NCBI GenBank assembly: GCA_963650915.1 | Contig: CAVJMJ010000010.1 | Location: 1,836-65,835 of the forward strand | Origin: Parasutterella excrementihominis | GTDB taxonomy: Bacteria; Bacillota; Clostridia; Christensenellales; Borkfalkiaceae | Direction of reading: 5' to 3' | DNA length: 64,000 bases | Shown here: positions 55,700 through 63,563 of the stretch, in pieces | Layout: every line of letters starts with the position of its first letter | How positions within the stretch are numbered: position 1 is the stretch's first letter | Translations under genes and position numbers: made by a program | The notes under the pieces: generated by a model | What the model was told of the DNA's origin: nothing | The model's database searches: none | What the model saw: only the letters and a program-made list of their open reading frames with translations

Positions 55700-57754
55700 T
55701 TAAATCTTCATTGCGACGTCCCAAGCGCCCCAGATAACCGTTCTTAAGTTACCGACTTTTTTGCAATCGCCTACGAGATAGGTGTTTGAAGATTTTTCAA
55801 AAGCGGGTGTGGGATGATAGCCCATCGAGCGAATTACGCTGTCTGCTTTTATGTCGAACTTTTTACCCTCTTTATCCATAACGGTTACGAAGCCGTCGGA
55901 TACCGAAACGAGTTTGGTTTCGAGATGGGTTTCCACTTTGTTGAGTTCAAAGAAGTCACGTAGGTATGAACTGTTGGCAAGGCATACGCCCGTGACCGCG
56001 ATAAGGTCGTTTTTCATTTCGACGATTACGGGTTCGTGTCCTTTTTTGAATAAATCGTATGCGATTTCGCAACCGGTAAGCCCGCCGCCGATTACGACGA
56101 CTCTGTGTCCGACTTCTTTGCCGTACAAATATTCGCAGGCTTCCATTGCTTTATCGATGCCTTCGATGCGTGGTTTGTTTGCAGTACCGCCCGTTGCGAC
56201 GACTATTTCGTCGAAGCCGTTAAGTTGTGCTTTGTCGGTTATCGTTTGATTGAATTTTACTTCGATGCCGAGGTCTTTAATTTGTTTGGCGTACCATGCA
56301 AGAAGTTCGCGATCCTTTTCTTTAAAGGAAGGCGCGCTTGCAGCGTTGAACACACCGCCGAGTTTATCGGACTTTTCAAAAATTATCGGTTCGTGTCCGC
56401 GAAGTTTTAAAACTCTCGCTACTTCCATACCGCCTATACCGGCACCGATGACGGCAACTTTTTTAGGCTTTTTAGTCGGAACGATTTTGTATTTTTCAGA
56501 CTGCATGGTTTCGGGGTTTATCGCACAACGCGCCATACCCATGTTGTCTTTTAGCGATTGGTCGTTTGCGACGCCCTTATAGTGGCACATGTTAAAGCAT
56601 GCGTTATGGCAACAAATGCAGGGGCGAATTTCATCTTCCTTTCCCGCCATCGTTTTGGTAATCCATTCGGGGTCGGCAAGGAATTGACGAGCAACGCCCA
56701 TTGCGTCGATTTCACCATTTGAAACGGCTTTAGCCGCAACGTCCATAGTCATACGACCGGCGCATACCACGGGGATGTCGACGAATTTTTTGATGTGCGC
56801 AACGTAACTTAAATTGCAGTTCATATCCATGTACATAGGCGGATGAGCCCAGTACCAAGCGTCGTAAGTGCCGTTGTCGCAGTTCAACATGTCGTAGCCT
56901 GCGTCCTGCAAATATTTTGCGGCTTTTTCGCTTTCTTCCATATCGCGCCCGACTTCGACGTAATCTTCGCCGGGAAGTGCGCCTTTGCCGAAACCTTTGG
57001 TTTTGGATACGACGGAGTAACGCAACGAAACGGGGTAATCCTTTCCGCAAACGGCTTTAATCGCCTTTACTATTTCGACGGGGAAACGATATCTGTTTTC
57101 AAAGGAACCGCCGTATTCGTCGGTACGGAGGTTGGTGTATTTCATTGTAAATTGGTCGAGAAGATAACCTTCGTGTACGGCGTGAATTTCCACCCCGTCG
57201 ACGCCCGCTTCTTTCAGTAAAGCGGCTGTTTTGGCAAACCCGTCTATCATTTCCTTTATTTCTTTTACGGTAAGCGGACGGGAAGTGCAAGTATCGTCCC
57301 ACCTGTTCGGCGTGGCACTCGCGCTTGCGGTAAGATAATCGACGTTTAAAACAGGCTTCATTAGCGTGCCTAAAAATTTGTTTTTAAGGGCTTTTACCAT
57401 GATGTCGTTTATCGCTAAACTTCTGCCGAAACCGGCGGTAAGTTGAACGAACATCTTTGCACCCGTTTTATGGAATTCTTCCATAAACTCTTTTAACTGC
57501 TTAAATTTGCCTTTGCCCTGCCACAGCCATTTTCCCATAAGAGTGTCTTTGATGGGAGCAATGCCCGGAAGTATCAAACCGACGTTGTTTTTTGCTCTTT
57601 CGAGTAAAAAGTTAGCGGCTTCCTTGTCAAAATGGTTAGGCTCTAACCAACCGAAAATGGAAGTTCCGCCCATACTCGTCATAACGATTCTGTTTTTGAT
57701 TTCAACATTCCCGATCTTCCACGGGGTAAACAGCGATTCGTAATTTTGATTCAT
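55700..57754 (-). CDS. NADH:flavin oxidoreductase of the enoate reductase / 2,4-dienoyl-CoA reductase family (OYE domain, 4Fe-4S motif and FAD/NAD domain)
   Basis: The start MNQNYESLFTPWKIGNVEIKNRIVMTSMGG (ATG 57752-57754) is typical of OYE proteins. There is a Cys cluster (CICCHNAC...C) and two GxGxxG folds (VIGAGIGG, VIGGGLTG). The track N-terminal extension is rejected. Confidence 0.8.
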   Translation of the reverse strand: MNQNYESLFTPWKIGNVEIKNRIVMTSMGGTSIFGWLEPNHFDKEAANFLLERAKNNVGLILPGIAPIKDTLMGKWLWQGKGKFKQLKEFMEEFHKTGAKMFVQLTAGFGRSLAINDIMVKALKNKFLGTLMKPVLNVDYLTASASATPNRWDDTCTSRPLTVKEIKEMIDGFAKTAALLKEAGVDGVEIHAVHEGYLLDQFTMKYTNLRTDEYGGSFENRYRFPVEIVKAIKAVCGKDYPVSLRYSVVSKTKGFGKGALPGEDYVEVGRDMEESEKAAKYLQDAGYDMLNCDNGTYDAWYWAHPPMYMDMNCNLSYVAHIKKFVDIPVVCAGRMTMDVAAKAVSNGEIDAMGVARQFLADPEWITKTMAGKEDEIRPCICCHNACFNMCHYKGVANDQSLKDNMGMARCAINPETMQSEKYKIVPTKKPKKVAVIGAGIGGMEVARVLKLRGHEPIIFEKSDKLGGVFNAASAPSFKEKDRELLAWYAKQIKDLGIEVKFNQTITDKAQLNGFDEIVVATGGTANKPRIEGIDKAMEACEYLYGKEVGHRVVVIGGGLTGCEIAYDLFKKGHEPVIVEMKNDLIAVTGVCLANSSYLRDFFELNKVETHLETKLVSVSDGFVTVMDKEGKKFDIKADSVIRSMGYHPTPAFEKSSNTYLVGDCKKVGNLRTVIWGAWDVAMKI

Positions 57755-58210
57755 TGCGTTCCGTCCTTTAAATATAGATTTTCTTATTCGATACGGGTAA
57801 TATCGTTTGTAAAACGTGGACGGCTTTTGCCGTGCCCGCAACTGCGTTTGCCGTGCCTTCAAACGCTTTTTTAGTATAGAAACGTTTGAGTTTCGCCGTG
57901 CCCTCGACCGCTTTTTTGCCGTATGGGGTCTGCTTTTTTGCCGTAACACCGCTTTTTAAGCGACTTTTACCCTATCTTTATATTTATTATACAGGACTAT
58001 ATTACCAATGTCAATGCTTATCTTGTAAATTTACCGCCCTTTTCACCGTTTTTTTACTAACTGCGTTATTTTGAAAACTTTAACGAAATGTCGGGCATTT
58101 TATTCGATATTATGCGTAGCGAAAGGTACTTGCAAGCCTTTTTACATAACAAAAAAACGCATTTATATTGCCATGACGCATTAAAATATTATTTTATTTA
58201 TCGACTTAAA

Positions 58211-58235
58211 CAAAAAAAGCCGAACGGCGTTCGGC
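58211..58235 (-). terminator. intrinsic terminator of the HMA gene
   Basis: On the minus strand GCCGAACG-CCG-TTCGGC is followed by TTTTTTT. It lies at the end of four 20-bp tandem repeats (58225-58300). Confidence 0.65.
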
Positions 58236-58306
58236 AAGTTTGCTCGGCGTTCGGCAAGTTTGCTCGGCGTTCGGCAATTTTACTCGGCATTCGGCATATT
58301 CGACTT

Positions 58307-58561
58307 TTATTTAAAAAAGCCGAAAAGCCCCTTTTTTTCAAAACTTTCTTCGCTTTCGAAAGTTATGCCGTAGCCGTCGTTAGATACGGCGTTTATCACG
58401 GCGTCTTTATCGATAGGTTCTTTGGAAGTAATTACCGTTTCGCCTTTTATGTGCGACGATTTAACCGTTTTTGCGTTAACAGCCCGCCTTATTAAATCGT
58501 TTACGTGGCTTTCGCACATCCCGCAACGCATCCCTTCAACTTTAAAAACGTATTTATACAT
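58307..58561 (-). CDS. heavy-metal-associated (HMA) domain protein, CopZ-like
   Basis: The start MYKYVFKVEGMRCGMCESHV (ATG 58559-58561) has AGGAGA upstream. It carries the GMxCxxC metal-binding motif. The track N-terminal extension is rejected. Confidence 0.8.
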   Translation of the reverse strand: MYKYVFKVEGMRCGMCESHVNDLIRRAVNAKTVKSSHIKGETVITSKEPIDKDAVINAVSNDGYGITFESEESFEKKGLFGFFK

Positions 58562-58930
58562 AAATTTCTCCTTTTCGGTAGTATTTTCTTTTTTGCCTTT
58601 ATAAACCGACACTTTTGTTTTAGCCGTTTTTCTTTTATAAAAACGACGTTTTATTTGTCGTTTTTTTTGATGAAACAACTGTATACAGTTGCCGTTTGTC
58701 TTTTTGGATAAAACGGCGTTTTATTTGCCGTTTTTTTTGATGAAGCGGTATTTTTTGTCGTTAGTGCAAAAAAGAATAAACCGAAACCGTTTTTTACGGC
58801 TAAATAATATCACCGTAAAATAAGTATGTCAAGCAAATTTTAATCAATATGAAACTTTTTTCATATTATAATTACTGCTTAAATTTTTTTACCGTTGAAA
58901 AGGAAAATATATAAGCCTTTTTACATACGA

Positions 58931-58960
58931 AAAAGTCGGGCGATTTAACGCCCGACTTTT
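58931..58960. terminator. bidirectional hairpin downstream of the 665-aa lipoprotein gene
   Basis: AAAAGTCGGGCG-ATTTAA-CGCCCGACTTTT. It sits next to a dispersed-motif copy at 58962-58988. Confidence 0.7.
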
Positions 58961-58996
58961 AAAAATCTCCGCCTATAAGCCCGTTATCTGCGGTTT

Positions 58997-60994
58997 TTAT
59001 GTTTTACTGAACACTATTTTATTGCCTATAAAGTCGATTATCGCCGTTTCTGTAATACTGTCTTTATTCTTTATAAAGATATCTATTAATTTATCGTAAT
59101 CGGATTTTAATTTATCGAAATCGGTACCGTTCATCGTAACGGTAACGTTTACACCGCTATTTGCACTGCTTACGTCTTTTGTTAAATCCTCAAAATTTTC
59201 GGCTTGGACGAATAGCATCGGAATCGAAACCGCATATTCGGTATAAACGTTTTCTTGGGCATTATATGAATAAAAGTATTGCGTTCTGAATTCTATATCG
59301 AATCTTCTCGACAACATTTTCACACTAAAACCGCCGACTGTTTTATATTTCCACTCTTGAGTTCTGCCGTTAACAAAGAAGGCTGCCGTTTCGTCGTCGG
59401 TAGCTTGACGGTATTTAATACTTTCGATGCCGTTAACGTCGGATAACTTAAACCAATAAGTATTATAAGTTATTCCCTTCAGTACTTCTCTAACTTCGTA
59501 GCCGAGCATTTTACCGTTCTTTACGTTATACAATTCGGTTATGTACCCCGTAAAGCCGACTATTCCGCTTGCCTTGTTTCCGACAGCCGATACGTACTTA
59601 TCCGTAATATAAAAATCGGCGGAACTGTTTACGCCTACGCCGTCAACAGTCAAATACTCATAAATGTGTCCGTTTACGTTACCGTCGGTATCCTTTTCGA
59701 CCGTAAACATGGCACGCCTTACGCCAAGATATTTAATCGCAAATTTATATGAGTTTTCTTTTGCTTCGTAATATAATGCGTTTGCGTCGCCTATTTGTAT
59801 TCTTACGTTTCTATCACCGCTATTTACATTCATCGACAATGCAATTTGTATCGACTGTTCACTGCCGAACACATTAGCCGTATAGTCTAATACGTAATAT
59901 ATTACGGTGCCGTCAAAATTTATCGTAACCGAATACGTACCTTGCATGAAATTGTAATTTGCCGTATCGGACGGGTTTTTGTCTATATAATTATTAAAGG
60001 TGGCAATCGAAGTACTCGTTATATTTTCCAATCCTGTAAGAAGATTGAAAAATCGTTGAGATTGATTGAGATTATCGGTAATCATGTGCCACTGTTCACC
60101 GAAACCGCCGTCCGGAATATCTTTTTTTGACACGAAATCGGAATAATCTTTATTCAAGTTGCTTTCGGTTTTTAAATTTTCTACATATCCGGGACGCATC
60201 GTCGTCGGTATATAACTATACGGATCCGCCGTTGCGTTGTTTAATAACCGCTTTAAATATGCCGATATATCAACGGTTACGTTCCAACTTGCATATAATG
60301 TCGTATTTTTCGTTATTTTCATAGGGAAAGTCGCTTTTTGGGTGTATTTCTCGTCAAGATACCAACCCATGAACTTTTTACCCGAGGTACTGAGCGTTTT
60401 AGGTTCGTTAATCGTCTTACCTTCTTCGACTTGCACGGGTGCAATCGTTTCATTAGTGCCAGTTACGTAACTTACGGTGTATTTTTTTGTAATTGCTTTC
60501 CAACCTGCGTACAAAGTCGTGTTTTTAGTTATCGTCATCGGGAATGTCGCTTTTACGGTGCAACCCTCGTCGGTAAACCAACCTAAAAATTCTTTTCCGT
60601 CCGCACTGAGCGTTTTAGGTTCGTTAATCGTCTTACCTTCTTCGACTTGCACGGGTGCAATCGTTTCATTAGTGCCAGTTACGTAACTTACGGTGTATTT
60701 TTTTGTAATTGCTTTCCAACCTGCGTACAAAGTCGTGTTTTTAGTTATCGTCATCGGGAATGTCGCTTTTACGGTGCAACCTTCGTCGGTAAACCAACCT
60801 AAAAATTCTTTTCCGTCCGCACTGAGCGACTTTGGCTCGTTAATCGTATTTCCCTCTTCGACTTGCACGGGCGCAATCGTTTCATCGATGCCCGTTACGT
60901 ACGATACCGTAAACATAGTCGGTTCTTTTGTGCATGCTGCGAAAAGGCTCAACGAGCATAATACCGCAAGCAAAATGATAATGATTTTTTTCAT
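58997..60994 (-). CDS. lipoprotein with three tandem Listeria-Bacteroides-type (InlB B-repeat-like) domains and a ~420-aa uncharacterised C-terminal domain
   Basis: Has a signal peptide and lipobox (LSLFAAC). There are three 72-aa repeats (YTVSYVTGTNETIAPVQVEEGKTINEPKTLSADGKEFLGWFTDEGCTVKATFPMTITKNTTLYAGWK). Confidence 0.75.
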   Translation of the reverse strand: MKKIIIILLAVLCSLSLFAACTKEPTMFTVSYVTGIDETIAPVQVEEGNTINEPKSLSADGKEFLGWFTDEGCTVKATFPMTITKNTTLYAGWKAITKKYTVSYVTGTNETIAPVQVEEGKTINEPKTLSADGKEFLGWFTDEGCTVKATFPMTITKNTTLYAGWKAITKKYTVSYVTGTNETIAPVQVEEGKTINEPKTLSTSGKKFMGWYLDEKYTQKATFPMKITKNTTLYASWNVTVDISAYLKRLLNNATADPYSYIPTTMRPGYVENLKTESNLNKDYSDFVSKKDIPDGGFGEQWHMITDNLNQSQRFFNLLTGLENITSTSIATFNNYIDKNPSDTANYNFMQGTYSVTINFDGTVIYYVLDYTANVFGSEQSIQIALSMNVNSGDRNVRIQIGDANALYYEAKENSYKFAIKYLGVRRAMFTVEKDTDGNVNGHIYEYLTVDGVGVNSSADFYITDKYVSAVGNKASGIVGFTGYITELYNVKNGKMLGYEVREVLKGITYNTYWFKLSDVNGIESIKYRQATDDETAAFFVNGRTQEWKYKTVGGFSVKMLSRRFDIEFRTQYFYSYNAQENVYTEYAVSIPMLFVQAENFEDLTKDVSSANSGVNVTVTMNGTDFDKLKSDYDKLIDIFIKNKDSITETAIIDFIGNKIVFSKT

Positions 60995-61325
60995 AATTTA
61001 CCTCTATTTTATATTTTTTCTTTTTTTGTTTTTTTGGGTTTGTTTTTTGGGTTTTCTTTTGTTTTGTTTTTTTGGTTTGTTCGTTTTTTCTTTCGTTTGG
61101 TTAATTTTTCGGTGGTTATCGCCTTGACGATTAAGTACTTTCTGTAGTAAAAGCAAATAATACATTCCCAAGTAAAAAATTTATTTACACGACAAATTTA
61201 ATACTTTCGGTAGCCAAAGCAAATAATAAATCTCCAAGCGGAAAATTTATCGCCCCGACAAATTTAATATTTTTGCGACACGCTAATAAAGATAGAAATT
61301 ACTCGACAAGCGTGGCTTAATATAG

Positions 61326-62123
61326 TTAATCGGCGAGCGGATACTTAATGTTTTTGTATAATGCAAACGGGTAAACGAATAACGAAATTATCCCGCCCAA
61401 GACGATGGCAAACACCGTGCATAAAGCAACGAGGGCAAAGCCTAAAATAAACAGTAATAACTTAACGGTAATAAGCCAAACAATGCCGTCGAAATCCAAC
61501 GTAAATATTATTCCGGGCATTTTTACGAAGCCCCAGCTAATAATATCCATAGCCATTTCGCCTACGAAATTATTGTCGAGAATCCAGCACGATACGAGAG
61601 TAAAAGCACATACCGACGCTATTATCCCCGGAATGAGATAATTGCCTCTTAATATAATTGACACTATAAGTAAAACTCCCGTTGCCACTCCTCCCCAGAT
61701 AAAGGATAACTTTCTCCTTTTTTCGGCGTCTGCCGTCTTACACTTTATTTTGTTTTCTTGGTATTTATCTTCGCAACTGCGACAATATACTTTAGTTTGC
61801 CCGTTCTCGGTTTTTCTGACTATCTGTTTGCCGTCGTAAATGGGTTTGTTGCACTTTTCGCAAACGGCTAACACGGGCTTACTTTCTTTATATACGTACT
61901 CCTTTTCGTGGATGACTATGGGTTCGGGTTTTTCCTTGCCCATAATTTCGTCTATAGAAACGTTGAAGATTTCCGAAATTATCTTCACCGTCGTAAGCGA
62001 CGGTTCCACGTCACCCTTTTCCCATCTCGAAACGGCTTGGGTGGTAACGAATAACTTTTCGGCTAAATCAGACTGTGTCATTCCGTTTTTCGTACGTAAC
62101 TCGCGTATTTTTTCGCCAATCAT
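61326..62123 (-). CDS. XRE-family HTH protein fused to a Cys4 zinc-ribbon-like segment and C-terminal TM helices
   Basis: The start MIGEKIRELRTKNGMTQSDLAEKLFVTTQAVSRWEKG (ATG 62121-62123) has GGAG upstream. It also has CEKCNKP...CRSCED and about 4 hydrophobic segments. Confidence 0.75.
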   Translation of the reverse strand: MIGEKIRELRTKNGMTQSDLAEKLFVTTQAVSRWEKGDVEPSLTTVKIISEIFNVSIDEIMGKEKPEPIVIHEKEYVYKESKPVLAVCEKCNKPIYDGKQIVRKTENGQTKVYCRSCEDKYQENKIKCKTADAEKRRKLSFIWGGVATGVLLIVSIILRGNYLIPGIIASVCAFTLVSCWILDNNFVGEMAMDIISWGFVKMPGIIFTLDFDGIVWLITVKLLLFILGFALVALCTVFAIVLGGIISLFVYPFALYKNIKYPLAD

Positions 62124-62435
62124 ATAAAAAACTCCTTTTTCGTCAAATGCGACATAAAAAATATAAACCGCAAGGTGCAAATTGTAAAGCCAAAAAAACC
62201 GAAAATCGCTCAACAATTTGTTGATTTTGCTCAACAAATTGTTTAATAGCCGTGTTTTTGGCAAATAATATTTCAACCCCGAGATTTTTCTCGATTCAAC
62301 GGCTTGTTGATTTTTATCCCCGTCAATATGATAAAATTTGACTGCGCTGTGACGCTTAAGTGATTTTAATAATATTATATCAAGACTTTTGACCTATGTC
62401 AAGACTTTTGACCTTAGCTAAAATATAATTTGACT

Positions 62436-62648
62436 ATGAATAAGCTTAATAGTAACAATTATATAGACGTAATTAAAGGCATAATGATCGAGAAAAACCT
62501 TACTCAACAAAAATTTGCTTCGGTTATAGGTGTCAATCAAACGACGGTAAGTCAATGGTTACTCGGCAAAAAGAAGCCGACTTACGACAGTATTTTATCC
62601 ATTTGCACTAATTTCGACGTTTCCCCCAATGAGTTTTTCGGTTTTTAA
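62436..62648 (+). CDS. small XRE-family HTH transcriptional regulator
   Basis: LTQQKFASVIGVNQTTVSQWLLGKKKP is an HTH_3-type motif. It is divergent from the larger XRE gene. The ATG at 62436 is preferred over the TTG at 62430. Confidence 0.7.
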   Translation: MNKLNSNNYIDVIKGIMIEKNLTQQKFASVIGVNQTTVSQWLLGKKKPTYDSILSICTNFDVSPNEFFGF

Positions 62649-63379
62649 CGAAACCTATTTTTTTATTAAATAACGGTGCGTTTTTTATGCCGTTTTTTTA
62701 AAATATCCGCCTATAAGCCCGTTAACGGGCTTTTTTGTGCCAAAATTACCTTTAAGCGTACGTTAAATTACCTTTTAGTATACTAAAAATCACCTTTAAA
62801 CGTATGTAAAAACATCTTTAAGCGTACAAAAAATCTCCTTAAAAATCGATTCAAAACGCCTTTAATAGTTTGGTTTTCAAAATCTTTATTATAAACCTAC
62901 CGATAAATCGATTTTTTAGTAATTTTGCTATTACGATTTAAAGACTTTTTAATTTTTTATTTGATTTTAAATTGTTGACTAAACCCAACGTTTATCAAAA
63001 AAACTCCGCCACGTGCGGAGTTTTTTATTTATAAATTTTGCGTCCCGATAAGCCCCTTTACGTAAATGGAAAAAGTAAGAGTTATCGTCACTTTGCATAA
63101 AGAAAAAACACAGTATATATTGTTCCGCTAATAAGCACACAATTCACGACCGCAGGTCAATTCATGCGTCGAAAGACGCAATTCATACATTACTTTTTGA
63201 CTAAAAGTCCTTCTATAGGTCGATTAACGGCGATTTTTGTAAAATGAAAAAGTGCCGATATGCGCACTTTTTCATTATTACGTATTTACATATGTTTAGA
63301 AATACTTTGGTTTAATTTTAATAGGCTTCACGTTAAAAGTTTCAAGCGTCTTTTAACGGTTTCGTCGGACAAAACAAAA

Positions 63380-63407
63380 AAGGGTGCTATAAACACCCTT
63401 TTTTTTC
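63380..63407. terminator. bidirectional intrinsic terminator downstream of aspA
   Basis: AAGGGTG-CTATAAA-CACCCTT flanked by an A-run and a T-run. Confidence 0.65.
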
Positions 63408-63563
63408 TTAAAATCATAACTCGCCTACTTCAAGCCTTTCGGTTCGGTCGTTATTACTCAAACCTTTCGGTTCGGTCGTTATTACTCAAACCTTTCGGTT
63501 CGGTCGTTAATACTTAAACCTTTCGGTGCGGTTATTATTACTTCAAGCCTTTCGACTTGATTA

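Noticed and set aside
58676-58691. Palindrome CAACTGTATACAGTTG considered as a CopY cop box.
   Set aside because: The cop box is TACAnnTGTA. Here the half-sites are in the opposite arrangement (TGTA-TACA) with no spacer, so it is left as an unassigned operator candidate.
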